Below, one piece after another: positions 24,074 through 38,700 of a stretch of DNA of 64,000 bases. The translations under genes were made by a program, and so were the position numbers. Numbering within the stretch: the first letter of the stretch is position 1; the number at the start of each line of letters is the position of its first letter. The notes below the pieces were generated by a model. That model was not told where the DNA came from. It worked only from the letters and a program-made list of their open reading frames with translations, and did no database searches. Source of the DNA: Bugula neritina (lineage: Eukaryota > Animalia > Bryozoa); NCBI GenBank assembly GCA_964035545.1, contig OZ037766.1, forward strand, positions 24,482,126 to 24,546,125. The letters run 5' to 3'.

Positions 24074-27000
24074 TCACATTGTGATTTCCATACTCATGTT
24101 TAGACCTAGATCTGGGCTCGTGCCTCCATCATCACTTGGAGTTCTGCAGTAACGCCAGTCAACATCCTCAGTATCAGCCACGACTGAAGCCTTTGTTACA
24201 GGAGTTGTGCCGTCTATTCTACTAGAAATTTTAGAATTCTTTTTTCGTTTATCATCGTCCCTGTCTTTATGCTTCTTATGCTTTTTCTTCTTTTCCGACT
24301 TTAATTTGTATTTTTCATCATGATGCGGAGAGGGTGAGGTATAATGAGAATGTGACCTTGAACTATGATAATGACGGTCATCTCGAGAGCTACAAACAAA
24401 AACCAACCAACTTGCATAAACAGAAGATAACTGCAACTATTCTATCAAAATATATTCTATATATACCAACTATTCCTGCACATCTACTGGCACCATTAAT
24501 CTATACATCTTTCTTTTTCGACTCATAAAGATAGTTTTTATAAACTATAATGACCCTTGGGCAAACATAAATTATTAGAATGTAGATAAAAATTTAATTG
24601 ATGCAAACGTATGGCATATCTACACCCCTTCTCTAACTATCTAAACCCCTTGTCAATATGTCTAAACCCCCTATCTATATATCTACACACCCTGTCTATA
24701 TATCTACATTCCCTGTCTATATATCTACACCCTCTGTTTATATACCCCACACACACATATAAACTTGAAAACTCTGTCCACTATACCAACATGCCCCTTA
24801 CTCTACATATTCATACACCCCTTATAGCATCTGAGCGTCTTACTAACCGCACCTTTTTCTCTTTCTACAAGAGTCACGTCTGCTTCGATCATTCTCCTCA
24901 TCACTGGACCACCCATTAGTTGACCGTCTTCTACTTTGTCTGGATTCCTGCTTTGAGCTAGACTCTCTCTCCGAAAGTCTATCAGACCTTCTAGATGAGC
25001 TCTCACTTCTCCGACTTGGAGGAGATGAATCACGGTGATGGCGAGAAGATGGACTCCAAACATGACTAGAATCAGAACATCTACTTCTCCTTGAACTGCA
25101 ACAGACAGATGACCAAGCATTGTAATAGTGTCAGGATCACAACTGGATAGGTGTGAAAGGTGTGAATAATGTCCAGTAGAGTTGGCCAATGACTTGCCTA
25201 CATGAGCTACTATGTATATTATAATACATAATTTTGACACAAGGCTTCTCGGCACTACTGAGGTCTAAACCAAGTATAGTCAATCAACCCTTAATTTAAA
25301 ATTGAACCCGCATAAAATAGCAGAGCTCATGCAGAGAGAGGAGAGTACACATGTATTTAACTCTTCTATGATGGATATTTTGGTATATTAATGCAATTTA
25401 TTGTTTTATTACTGCAAGTATATGGTCACTAAACTAAACAGAGTAGGCTGTTTATCATTTTCTAAAATGGAAAAAGAAAAGGTCAAATACTTAGCATGAA
25501 TTTCTCCTTCACAGATCTATCTATCTATCTATGCAGTAGGATTTGAATTATATAATTATTTCAACAAACGTGAAATTAGCAAAACATACCTGTCTCTTTT
25601 CGTGTGATAATGTTCATCTGATCGTTCATTGGCTGATATAATATCTCGATCAGCCAATGAAAATCGACGATCAGGGTTGTTGAAAACATGAAGAAAGTTG
25701 CAGTTTCGCCCCTTTGGACATTTCTTATGACGAAACTGTCCTAAAACACACCAATTGGAACTTTTTATGTAATTTAATAAAAGCATATTAAAATTTAAGT
25801 TTTAAAAACTACGTTTTGGCCATAAAAATAGCCGCATCAAGATAAAACTTGTAAAGTTAGCCACATAAAAGTTATGAAAACATATAAACTAGAACCTGCA
25901 CATTCACTTTTCACCATTGGCAGCAGGAAATTTCAAACAACTAAACGTAAACAAAATGAGGCGTGCTGTAAGTATTTCGAGTCTCACCACATATTGCTGG
26001 CTTCCATTTCTCAACATTTGTGAATGAACATTGTAGTTGTCTGCCCCCGTACCATCTGCCATTGAATAACTTGAAGGCATTGAATGCTTCATTTTCACTA
26101 AAAACAAAGAGAATCCAATACTAATTCATATAAAAAGTTTTGAAAAAATATCAAGTATCAAAAAGCTAAAACAAGTGCACTGCACATTTATTCAACGAGC
26201 TGAAAATGTTATCTATTTATTTATTTAAGTAACACAAAATTACAAAAGGAAACTCTGTTTAAGATCCAGAAACTGGATTAAAATAATCAAAAGTTTTACA
26301 AAAAAATTTACTGACAGCAGCAGAATATAACATTTGTTTAAAAACTAACTTTTAATCATAAAATAAAAATTTTATCAAGGAAATGATAGTTTTATTTCTC
26401 GACCGAAAACTTAGGTCTTTTAATAAAGAATGTATAATTTTTCTTGTAGTATATCATATTTTAAATTATAATGCTAAGCTTGAAAACAATTTTCCTTCAT
26501 CCAAAGTTTAGGGTTCAATATGCAAAACAGCGGATAAAATGGCTTCTTAGTAAAATGAATATTCAACAAGAATACAAAACCTTCCACTATAAAATTACAT
26601 GTTTTCATGACACACAGTAAAATTCTGTACAGCCTATTTGGTAACAAAGAAGAGTTTTTGGTCAATATGATGCTGTAATTGCACACTATTATATAACTAC
26701 TTTTAAAATTATGCTATAACATTATTATTTATCTTTAGTCGGCTAACCCCTCTTTTGCTTGTGTATAGAGTGTTTTTTTCATTTAAAAAAAACTCACGCA
26801 AGTTTATAGTCGTCATCCCTGTGAGAAACCCCCGACGGAAAGGGCTAAGGACTTATTCATATCTGGCACAGAAGTAATTATGACTGGATTGTCTTCCTGA
26901 CATCACCAATATCCTTTACTGGGGTTAGAACCCATGAGTTTGTGCTTAGTAAGCGAAACACTCTAACCCCTAGACCACGGCTTTACTTATACAAAGTGGT

Positions 27001-30000
27001 CTTGCATTTTCTCTCATAATTATGTGAACTTCAGTTTATGTATCAACTGCTGTTGTCGGCCTTACAGTTTTCTTTAATTCAAAGAGAAATTACACGCAAT
27101 CCTAAATTTCTATTTAAATTATCAACAATCAAAACCATTGAATCACAACACATGTGTTAATGACTACAACTACAAGCGAATACTTCTACCTGGTATACTG
27201 CACATAGACATTGCCTCTAAGATGCTGCTCATAATTACAGCAGACTTTAAACTGCACCACATGGCCGACAGCGTCAAATTCTGGCAGTGTGTCGGAATAG
27301 AACTCTTTGAAGTGCTGGTAGAAATCGTCTTCATCGTATTCCAGCGATATGTCTGTATAACATAACCAATTATTGATTAACCCACTTCTCTACAAGCCTT
27401 TTCTATATCAACCCATACATATACGTACATACAAACACATATATGATGTAATAATACATACAAACACATATATAATGTATCAATACATACAACTATATAT
27501 AATGTATTAATAATTGTCAATCAGATCAAGTCCAGCAGCTTCGCAATAAAAGTTATTGGATGAAAGCTAAAAGTAGCAACAAAATTCTTTTAGAAAGATA
27601 AAGTGACTTTGTTGATTGAAAACTGCTAGTTATATTAACTTTACAAAGTTTATAGAGATACACATATTATATACATGTATATTGCTATAAACTTTACAAA
27701 GTTTATAGAAATATACATAAATAACTTTATACAATTTCCATAGAACTATATAATAATATAATAGATCTATATAACAATCTTAATACTTATATATTTTGAA
27801 AATACATAGCTAGGTATCTAAAAAATGCATATTATTACAAAGAAGGTACCTTGTACTATTTTCCCTACCTGTATCATATCCACAGTAAAGATTATCAAGA
27901 CTAGGGTGATTATACATCCCAGACACTAGCAAAGTCTTGCTGATGGCAGGTTTTGTGTGCACACGTGAACATCTAAAGAAAAAACACAAATAACAAAGCA
28001 TTATGGTCAGCTATCCAAAACTGATCATCAACTCAATAAAATTATATTACATAAATTGAATATATAAAATACAATAATGCAGTAAACAAACAGCATTTAC
28101 AAATGTAGAAAATATCCATTACAGAGATGACGGAATATTAAAACTAAGCAGTCAAGACTGAGGACAGAGTATTTAAAGAATATCTCAGTTACAAACCTGT
28201 CACCAAATCTACAGGCACCAACTTTTCTGAAGAAGCTACAAATATTTTGAGGTTCAGGTAGATTGCTGGAAGAAGGGGGCTCGGGGTTGTGAGTTTGTTC
28301 CTAAAAGGAATATACAAATTCTATCAAAGTACAAGCATATAGAGAAGGCTTTAACTTACCGAGAGCCTACACATGTTATGCAGAACACAAAATAATGTTT
28401 ATAAAATCCTACGAAAATTCCTTTCTCCAGAAATTTTATTAGGTTCTGCAAGGCAGAGCACACTTTTTAAACAAAACGTCAGGACCACTGATAGGTTATA
28501 ATAAAAATATGATAGCAAATCACAAAAAGATGTGATATTGGAATGCAAGTAATTGTATTCAAAATATATGTTTAAAAATAGTTTTAGTCTTTTGACAATG
28601 TGGATCATACTTTTTCCAGTGAACAAACATTATGTTAGTTGAAACAAAGCTTTTGATGTATTCTTTGATACGAAACAAGTTAGAAGGCAAAAAACACTAA
28701 AAAAACAGAGCAACAGCTGATGTTCAAAGTAGACTTGAAATAATAATTTTAATTCAAAGAAGTTAAAATTAATAAGTTAGTGAAATTATTAGGAAATTTG
28801 CGAGCACTATGTTCTAGCCAATTGACAAATAGTAGTGAAACAATCCCATCATTGACAACTGCTTCATACATGTAAACTTACTGCTGTTGGAGTTTTCTGA
28901 CCATTTAGTAGCTCTTCTAGTTTCTCATCCTACAATTCTAGATGTCTGGGAAACGTGTTACAAACAATAACATCAACATTACACAGCGACTGACCAATCA
29001 TATCTAACAAAATAGAGCACATATCTATTAGTTGCTTAGGTAATCACCTTGCATCTTACAGATGCATTAGTAAGAATTTAGTGTGTCAACCAGAGTTTAA
29101 TTAATATCATCAATAATTACCGCAAAAAATATAATAAACTGCTTTTTAGCCATAAGATTTTACAAGTATACAAATTAGGGGAAGGATACAGACGCCGCAG
29201 CTAGAAAGTCCAGAAATCTATTGTGATAAATTGTTAAGGAAACATTGTAAACATCAATAGTTGTGTAATAAATAGCAGGTAAGTTGTGGACATTGCCTAC
29301 TAAACCTTATGCATGTATAAGTAAGTAAAACAAACCCCACCCTGTAGAATACATCGAATAAACAATAGAGTTTGAGAAAGTAGCACCCCTTCTCCAGTGC
29401 TGCATGTAGCTCGTCACACATAAATATACCACTTAGCAGAACAAGGATATTGTATCACCAGTGTAGTCTCTAGCTTCGCAATTCTGAGGTCAGTGTATAA
29501 CTTAACCTGCTGTCTCTTCGCTTCTGCGTCCTCGATACGCTTTTTCTCCTCTTCTTCTCTTTCTGCTGCCTGCTTTGCCTCCCACTCTTCGCGAATCTGG
29601 TTCTAGAAAAAACAATGCAAAACACATCGCTGTAAAAATAAAATGGCCGCAGAAAACCTCAAGCTAATCCCAGACAGGTTATTCACAAGAAATAGAAAGA
29701 TAACTGTCAAACTTTTAGTATTTATGTAAGTAGTTTTGATAACAACGGAAGAAATAATATCTGGACAAACAGACAGACTAAAACTAACCAACAGGTAGTC
29801 CTATATTTGGCAGAGACATTTCAACACAGGAATATACCAAGTTAAGAGAATATGGAGAAAATGGCAAGGAAACGGGCCCTTTTTTTGCCAGGTAATCACA
29901 TGAGTAAAGATGGCTAAATTCAATTTACTTCCTGAAGCTGTTTCTGCTCCTTCAGATGTCTGTAGTAAGATTGTTTAGCTCGCCAAGCAGCTTGAGCTTC

Positions 30001-30960
30001 CTTTTCCTTCAGCAGCCATAACTCATGCTGTTTTAGGCTTTTCTGTCTTTCATCTTCACTGTCAACAGTTTCTAACAAATATTAAATTATATCCTTATTA
30101 CAAATCATAGCAGATGAACTAGCATGTGAACAGTTCGGCAACTTGAAGCTTTAAACATTAATATTAGAAGTGATGGCTTTAAAATAAGGATTGGACTTTA
30201 TAAACGCAAACTACCTTCACTAGGCGATGATGATTCAACTTTAGCTTCCTGCTTCGCTAACTGTTGGCGCTTCAGTTTTCTGCGCAGCTTCTTTTTTTCT
30301 TTTTTCCATTCCTTATAGCTACAAATACCCAGAAGATTTTTGATTTAAATAGCAACTATACAGGAAAGTTATTTCAGAGTTATGGCCTGTTCCCACTACA
30401 GCGAGAGTAAATGATCATTGCTGCTATTGAGCGATGAGTGTCATACCATCGTAACACTAATCGCAAAATTCAATATAATACTATTAGTGTTAGTAATAAT
30501 GATACTGATAACATTAACTATAATTAAATTTAATGGTTTAACTTTAGGTTATACTTTTAAATTAATAGTAATAATTATAAATATATCTAAAGTAACAGTA
30601 ATAACTACTACTTATACTAATAAGCAGGCATGACTAAAAACATTTTAATAATAACTGATAGTATTTGAGTAACAGTTTATAGTAATACTAATACTAATAC
30701 TAATAGTAATAGTAATACTAATACTAATAGTAATAGTAACAGTAATACTAATCGTATTGACCCGTACTGCACAATTGCTGTTTTATATATTTTTGTAGTT
30801 CTAGGATTACATGAACAGAACAACCGGAAATGTTTTAAGGTAAGATTTACCGAAGAGAATTGGTTTTAAATATATGCCTGTGATCTTCATCTTGGCTATC
30901 AAGTTGGTGTTTAGCAACTTTATCATTATGAGAATCCGCCTTTTCCATGTGAATCTCCAT
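24074..30960 (-). CDS. ZRSR2: U2AF35-related protein 2 (CCCH-UHM-CCCH-RS), minor-spliceosome 3' splice-site factor, 12 exons
   Basis: Exons 30960-30851, 30318-30215, 30071-29929, 29602-29507, 28929-28882, 28300-28197, 27972-27869, 27352-27190, 26097-25988, 25740-25590, 25095-24853, 24389-24074. Peptides: [81 protein letters not shown], then an RS-rich tail. The long charged N-terminus distinguishes it from U2AF1. Confidence 0.93.
26791..26982 (-). mobile_element. tRNA-derived SINE, most complete copy (ZRSR2 intron)
   Basis: Minus strand begins AGCCGTGGTCTAGGGGTTAG (A box) ... GGGTTCTAACCCC (B-box-like), then a body shared with two other copies, ending in a T-run. Confidence 0.7.
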
Positions 30961-32719
30961 AACTAAAAGTAATAACACTAGCTGAATTTCTATAACTTTC
31001 TATGCACTAATACGGCTTTTGAGTTACCCGGCCCGCTGTTTATTTTGCTAACGCAAATATAATATTTATTAATTACACTCTTTTTTTCCTACAATATGCG
31101 GTGTAAATATTATAGGGTTGTGTTCTCTCTGCTTTTACGGCTGATATGATCACGTGCCACATGTGCGCCATTAAGGAAGCCAATAATAAGATAGGTCAAT
31201 GCTGAGTTTACTTTCTATAAATTAATATTCTTATAATTAATGTTCAGGTGACAAGTGGCAGTTAATACAGGTTAGTTATGGTTGTGAACTTGAACAATAA
31301 ATATAATATAAACGAAATTTAAAATCAGTTTTAATCGCAACAATGTTATAGTCTAACAGTAATAGTATTACATTTACTAATACTAATAGTAATACTAATA
31401 CTAATAGTAATACTAATAGTAATAGTAATACTAATACTAATAGTAACACAAAACTAAATAATTACTAAATTAGTAAATAACTAAATTACTTACTAAAGAC
31501 AAAGTAATACTATTAAGTATTAGTATTACTATAGTATTACTTTAGTAAGTAATTTACTAATTATTTAGTAATACTAATAGTAATAGTAATAATTAGTAAT
31601 ACTAATAGTTATAGTAATAGTAATACTAATAGTAATAGTAATACTACTAGTACTAATAGTTATAGTAATAGATTAATACTAATACTAATAGTAATACTTA
31701 TAGTTATACTTATACTTATAGTTTATTAGTTATACTATTAGACTTAGTATTACTATTAGACTTAGTAATACTAATACCAATAGTATTACTATAACTATTA
31801 GTATTATTAATACTATTACATTTACTTTTAGTTTTACAATTACTATTAGTATTAGTCATTTAGTGTTACTGAAACTAAAACAGTAAAAGTAAATATTAGT
31901 ATTTCTGTAATTTAGTCATAGTCCTACTCATACACTTACTCACACTCATAGTGATAGTCAAACTCGATGTCATGACAGTCGTAGTGTCTTACTTACTCTT
32001 TTAGTTTTAGTTTTACTGTTAAATTTGGAGTTAGTGTTACACTTACACCTGCTAATGCTGGCACAGGCTTAGAAATAAAATTACTATAAGTATAACTATA
32101 ACTATTAGATTTAGTATTGGCTTTGCTCAGTTGTGTTACTGTTACCCACTTGCTACGAGCACTTAATCTTACTGATACTCCTAAGTATGGGCAACATGAT
32201 AAATTGCTGGCAAGGCCAAGTGAGGAAAGCTCTTGAATATTATTTTTTAGAATTGGCTTATAATTACAATTACCTTAATTTGCTAAACATTTACATCATT
32301 GATATTATTTTAATTATTATGATGTATGTGGTAAATTTTAATAATATAACAAAATAAATATATAAATGATGCTTTCCACTATCGAAGCTTGCACTCACAG
32401 TAAGAGTAAGCTGTTTTTTTTTCATTAAATTTGCACTGTTGACCATCAAATTATATGCATGTTGAATTATATATTTTTGCATTTGTAATATTAGTGAAAG
32501 CATTTAAACATGCCAAATCTATTTTTATATTTTGTGTCTATCTCCTTCAGCTCACACTCATTTTCTATGCTTTCAAACTCCTTATTTATAGTTTATTGTT
32601 TAGTTTGTATAGTAAATCTATTTTCTATTCTATCTTCAAACTGTAGCTTTAGCAGTGACTTTACCAATTACTCTCACTGTTTGGTTATGTTTTAGTAAGC
32701 AGGGATTATCAACTCCACA
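30961..32719. promoter_or_regulatory. Divergent (bidirectional) promoter region, ZRSR2 / DLG1
   Basis: Head-to-head start codons ~1.76 kb apart. A locally CpG-containing core at ~31000-31200 has an E-box TCACGTG (~31150) and AGCCAAT (~31178). The TSS is not determinable from sequence. Confidence 0.55.
31350..32150. repeat. Hexamer-periodic A(C/G)TAAT low-complexity island (related islands at 30430-30755 and 60350-61270)
   Basis: ACTAAT/AGTAAT mosaics grading into degenerate 6-periodic runs such as AGTCAT AGTCCT ACTCAT ACACTT ACTCAC. Confidence 0.75.
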
Positions 32720-35700
32720 ATGCCAGTTAAAAAGGAAGGTAAGATTTAACTAAATTTTGAGCTAAAAGCTCTTCAATAAAGAAGAATTATTTGAAAATGC
32801 AGCAGTGTCTGGTTGACTAAGCTAGCAAATTCGTAATGGCCCAATCTTTACTTTTTTAATGTTCGAAATTCTCAGGTAGAGATGGGAATATTTACTAACG
32901 ACTCAAAGATATTTGTTTAGCTTTTTTTAGAGGTTTACTGGATAATTTAATTAGCCTCAGAAACAGAGGTTGTGTTGTAGATGCAGAGAGAGCCCTCAAT
33001 CTGCTCAAGAATTACCGAGCAGGGATTCACCCAAGTGATAGGTCTAAGATACAGTCTGTTGACAGGGTGATTACAATATTCAACAGTGAGCTCTTCAGAT
33101 CACTCATAGGTAAGTTAATATAGCTGACACTGTTGAAATCAAATTGATGGTCAAATGGTGTAGAAAAGTTTCCATGGTGTAACATTTGAATGGAGATAAT
33201 AAAGTAATGTAATTTCAGTGGGAAGCCGATATTGCGATGTTGAAAAGTTGTATTCCTAAATTTTTGATATTAAAGTTTTGAAATTTAGGATGTTGTTGGT
33301 CAGCAGTTAAGATATCTAATGTATATGCCTGTTATGTTTACTGGCTGTAAACAGGCCAAGAAACTGGTATTTACTACTAGTTCTGCCGCTGGCATTCTCC
33401 TGTCTAATTATGTTAATTAGTGGCTGGTATTGCTTATCAAGAAGATAACGAATCTGGTATTTCAGTTATGAAGCTGTGTTTATCAGCTATATGATAAAGA
33501 GCTGACTCCACATGCTACTAGATAGTTACAGTCAGAAATTAGATTAACTTTCTGCCCTTTGTTACATGGTCATTATTTTGGAGTATCAGAATCTCAATTT
33601 GAAGTTAGAAAGCCACTAGTTTTTATATTCTAACTTTATATTCCAGTGTTAAATTTTATGTTAGTTAACAAATATAATGTCCATTAAAGTATCCATCAAA
33701 CTATTTGTTCATTATATACAGGCAAATGTGGAATGAAAATGATGTTTTGTATGTTCCATAATATTTTAGGCAGTTTTGGCGGAGGAGAAATTGAGAAAAG
33801 CCTGTGTTCTAAATTAAAAATGTGGCAAAAGAAGTTATGTTCTCACAAGAATTTTAACCAAAATTTAACAATCAAACTAAAGAAGGGCTATCTCAATTTC
33901 TCCACTACGCTCCTAAGTGTGTTGGCTATCTGTTTAGGCTAGTTGATGTTCCTAGTTGAATTTTGCAGACATACAGGAGTTCTATGAAGCCACCCTACTT
34001 GACCAACAACTGAGCACCCATCAGAAGACCCAGGCTACACTCAGAGTGGCTGAGAAATATGCCTCTGTGGATGACATGCAACCTGTGGGAAATGGACTCG
34101 CTGCGGTTGATGATGTAAGTATCAAGGCATGTGTAGGTAGTTATTCTAACCAAATACCTTCCCCAGCGCACCTACTAAGGAATAATCAAATTATATTTGC
34201 TACCTACTTGCATTAGCTACATTTTTAAAGAGATGTAGTTACTAGGAAAATGGCTTGATGCTTTTGTATCAGTGAAACTTGTCCATCAGCTCAAATATTG
34301 GTTGACAATTGAATACAAAATATTACAATTTTATTTTTAAGGCTTTTTATTTTTACATCTTGAGCTTTGGAAGGAAATGGCATTTCATTCTATATTGTAT
34401 TAAATGAGGCCACATGTCATATCTGTGACACTTGTTTAGCTTTAATAGCATCTTTCACATTGCATTCCTTTGAATCAGCCTGTCTTCTATCAACACCTTG
34501 TCTACCTAACCTACCAACATCACTCATCTAGTTTGTAAGCAAACAGAATGATTGCCAATAAAAGCTTTTCAACCTCATTGTTTCCCATTTACGAGTTATT
34601 AGTTGCGTTACATTGTGATATACTGGCATAACCCAAGCCGAGAATCACCTATTTTATCATTTTTTATGACTGTTGACACGAAATTGACTCATTAAAAAGG
34701 TGCACTGGGATCTAAACCATACATATAGTTATCATTTACTCATTTTCAACAATTTAACCTTCACCGGTTTTGGCCTTCACTTTGTGGCTTTCCGGTAATC
34801 GATTTGATTAGAGTGTTTAAAGTAGTAAAAGTTAGTAATTGTGCTTCACCTCCTAGGAAACTGATGCTGTCAATATGATCCTAAACAATTCACTGGGAGA
34901 TTGTTTTGGAACATCTGAAACTTCACAAGCTGGGTTTTTCTTTAGCATACTGACAAAAACTTCTTCAGATATTTTTAGCTGTACTCATTAGCTGGCTGAG
35001 TTAGAGCAACCAATGCAGACTCATGTGCACTCAAAGTTCCAATAATATCTTGAGTATTTTATATTTTGTTATAGTGGGTAGTTATCTACTCTTGAAAATA
35101 GACATTTTTTGGTAAATGTGACTACTACACGAGGTTGTAGGCCAAGCTATGTCATCTATATCCTTGTGCTTACCAGGACTTCCCTCCCCCGCCCCCTCCC
35201 CACCAAGACCATCTCTACTCTGCAGAAGTAGACTCAGCCCGGGCTCCATCTCCACAACCGAGCAGGGCAATGAGGCCCCCTCCTCGGCCCCAGGAAAATG
35301 TGGGGCATTCACCGCAAGCCCGCAGAACTGCTGTGAGTGGCAATGTCTGCTTCTCCCTGCACTACAAGCTTTGAATGTTGTCCCATCAACTTACCTACTA
35401 ACTGAAGGAAACTGAAAACTTTCAAATTTCATTTATTATATAGGTGTGTGTGTGTGTGTGAATAGCCGGAGGTACTACATCTACTATATTTGTTATTCCC
35501 ACTCTATTGTGCAGCTTCTTAACTTCTTTCTCTGCTCCTTGTTGATCCCCCATAATACCGGGACCACAGCATTCTCCTTTATAGGTTGCCATTCTACTAG
35601 ATCTGTTGTTTACCTGGTTTCTGAAACTGTACAGAGGGTGTGATGTCTACTACTTACCCCCCCCCCTTATTAGCTGGCAGTTTTTGTTGGTGAAAGTAAA

Positions 35701-38700
35701 GCAGCAGTTTTCTTGTCTTCTGTCTGTCTTTATTTGTCTGCTTTTGCTGTAGCTGTTTATAGATGTGGTGTATTGGCAATGTGTGTTTATTATTATTATA
35801 ATTTAGTAATGGTAATTATGTTAGTTTAAGGTGACAAGAAGTCTGGTTAACCTAACTACCTTGTCTTTTGTTATGTATGTGAGCTCTTTTGGTTGCTGTT
35901 CTAATTAAATTACTTTTATTCCTATCAAATGCCTAATTACTGTCAGAAATTTGTTTTTTCTCTTTAATTGCATTTGAAAGGGTAAATATGGCTGCTAATT
36001 TACCTGCTGCCATGTATGTCTGCAGGCGGACTACCAACCTGCACCACCGGTTGAGGATGTTGTTCCCCCACCAGTAGCTGCCAGAAACCAGGAGTTTGCT
36101 CCACCACTTGTATCCAGAACCCCTCCACCCAGGGGTGCGTGTATATTACAATCCACTCCTTGATTTGAACTCTTACAAACAGTAAAATATAGTATCTGAC
36201 TTACCTTAGGACTGTGATGTAAATATGAAATGTTGGAGTTGTCTGAACTTTTCAGGGTGTTTATAGTAGTGTGCATTTGTATGCAGGCACCCCTACTAGA
36301 ACCCCTCAAAGTGTCACCCCCCAGAGAGTTCCCAGTCCTCTTCCTATGCCTGCTCCCAATATGCAGGCGGCAGGGGCGGATGAAGAAAGGGCCCCCTGTG
36401 ACTATGAACACATTGTTCTCATCAAGGTTTGTCATTCATTTCATGTTTTTGAACAATCTCTTGGAGTTTCACCAATGTATTACTTGCTAAATAAACTCAT
36501 CTAACTATAAAATTTGCTATGTTCAAATATAAGAATATTTCTGGTGTTTGAAGCTCCACTTTACACTTTATATTGAGTTTCCAGTTCTGTATGTGTGTTC
36601 GGTACATGTTCTATGTGAACTGTGCCTGTTTAGTGTTTACTACTTGTAATGATTTCACTATAGTATATTGATAAATTACTAGGTGTAGTTGTAATGTTGA
36701 TGATTAACGATCTTGCAGGGAGATTCTGGGCTTGGATTCAGCATTGCGGGAGGCAAGGAGAACCCCCACATTGTTGGAGATCCTGGCATATTTATTACTA
36801 AGATCATACCAGGAGGGGCTGCAGCTGTAGAGGGCAGGCTGAGGTTAGTTTGAATACCTGACTATTCAATACTAGCAAGCGTCTTGGTGGGTGGTTGAAT
36901 ATTGTATTCTGAAAATCTGATCTTTAATGTCCAACTCAGAATTCTCCTTGTTCTTTATTCTGTCAATTCACAAAATAAGCTGCAGAAATCCAAATATATT
37001 CAATCTGAATTTGATTTTCTGGTGTTGGGCTAAACCATTTTTTGCTACATCCTACACTGCGTACCCCTGATAGCGTTTTCATCTGGTACTTATGTACTGC
37101 AAGCCTGTAATACATAGATTAGTCAAATAATATGTACAGTAAGGCGGGACTCTTTTGTGGAATATGTAATAAGTATGCAGGCTGCTGCAAAATTTTGCAT
37201 AGATGGTGTTTTGTGTGTATTTCATGCGCTCAACATGCTGAACAAATGCTGTGGAAAGTTCTTGGGATAATAATTTCATTGACTTAGTAACATTTAGCCA
37301 CTCCCCTTTTGCAGTTTCAATTTTGCTGGTTTATTTCAATCAATTATCGAAAATCTCGAGTGAGATCTCAAAATAAAATAACTTATGACATTGGATATTA
37401 AAATCATGGACAAATATGATTGGTCACTCGAGTTTTGCTCCCACTGGCAATATGGTGTGCGGCAGCTAGCTACTGCATAAGGTTTTGCAAATTCTGCTCC
37501 ATGTGACAGCACCTTTATATACTGATATTAGTCGCTTAAATTGAGGGAAATTATTCAGTCACAGAGCAACACCTTGGCTGTAGTTGTCAGCCGAATATTG
37601 GCATTAACACCACAACCTTGTTTGAGCCTTTATATTTATCTACAACATATATCAACGTCCCTGTCATATATATCATTTAAGTTCCCTTGTGCACTGCATT
37701 TCACCGTCTCTACTCTCTAGGATGAACGACCAAATAGTGTCTGTGAACGAGGTTAATGTGGAAGACTGCACACACGAGGACGCTGTTCAGGCTCTGAAAG
37801 CGGCTGGCGTCAACGTCCGTCTCTACATTCGGCGTCACAAAGCACCCCTGGAGAGCATCGTGGAAATTGAGTTGGTCAAAGGGAACAAAGGTACAATAAT
37901 CTTCTTGTATGATTCATGATTCATGATAATTTTTGTTATTTTTTCTTTGCTGAAATAATTCATGTACTCCATATCTGTCTTTGTGTGATGGGCTGGTGTT
38001 TTTCAATAAGGGATTATCACCTATGCTGAGTATATTCAATTGTTTATAGTCGCACCATAAGTTTAGTTTATCACATGCTGTACAGTAGGGTGTTTCACTC
38101 ACATCGGTTTACATGTAGTCATTCACTGTGATTGTATCAAACAGAGTAAACATTAGTGCCATGTGTGTTGTGTTACCAACTGTCTCATGTCTCACACAGG
38201 ACTGGGATTCAGTATTGCTGGTGGAATTGGGAGTCAGCATATTCCTGGAGATGACGGTATATTCATTACAAGGATAATTCCTGGTGGCACAGCTGAGCTG
38301 GAGGGTCAACTGGCCGTGGGAGACAGGTTGATTGCTGTAAGTGTTGCTTGTGTAGCGCTATTAGTATGTTGGTAGTGCTTACAGTATGTTAGTAGTGCTT
38401 ACAGTATGCCAGTAGTGCTTACAGTATGTTAGTAGTGCCTACAGTATGTTAGTAGTGCCTACAGTATGTTAGTAGTGCTTACAGTATGTTAGTAGTGCCT
38501 ACAGTATGTTAGTAGTGCCTACAGTATGTTAGTAGTGCCTACAGTATGTTGGTAGTGCTTACAGTATGTTAGTAGTGCTTACAGTATGTTAGTAGTGCTT
38601 ACAGTATATTAGTAGTGCCTACAGTATGTTAGTAGTGCTTACAGTATGTTAGTAGTGCTTACAGTATGCCAGTAGTGCTTACAGTATGTTAGTAGTGCTT

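Noticed and set aside
24803-25255. 150-aa ORF on the minus strand
   Set aside because: An alternative frame overlapping the ZRSR2 RS-domain exon 25095-24853.
26920-26982. tRNA gene
   Set aside because: A/B-box-like head only, imperfect cloverleaf, fused to a repeated SINE body.
24074-30960. U12-type introns in ZRSR2 or DLG1
   Set aside because: None of the assigned donors matches the (G/A)TATCCTT consensus.
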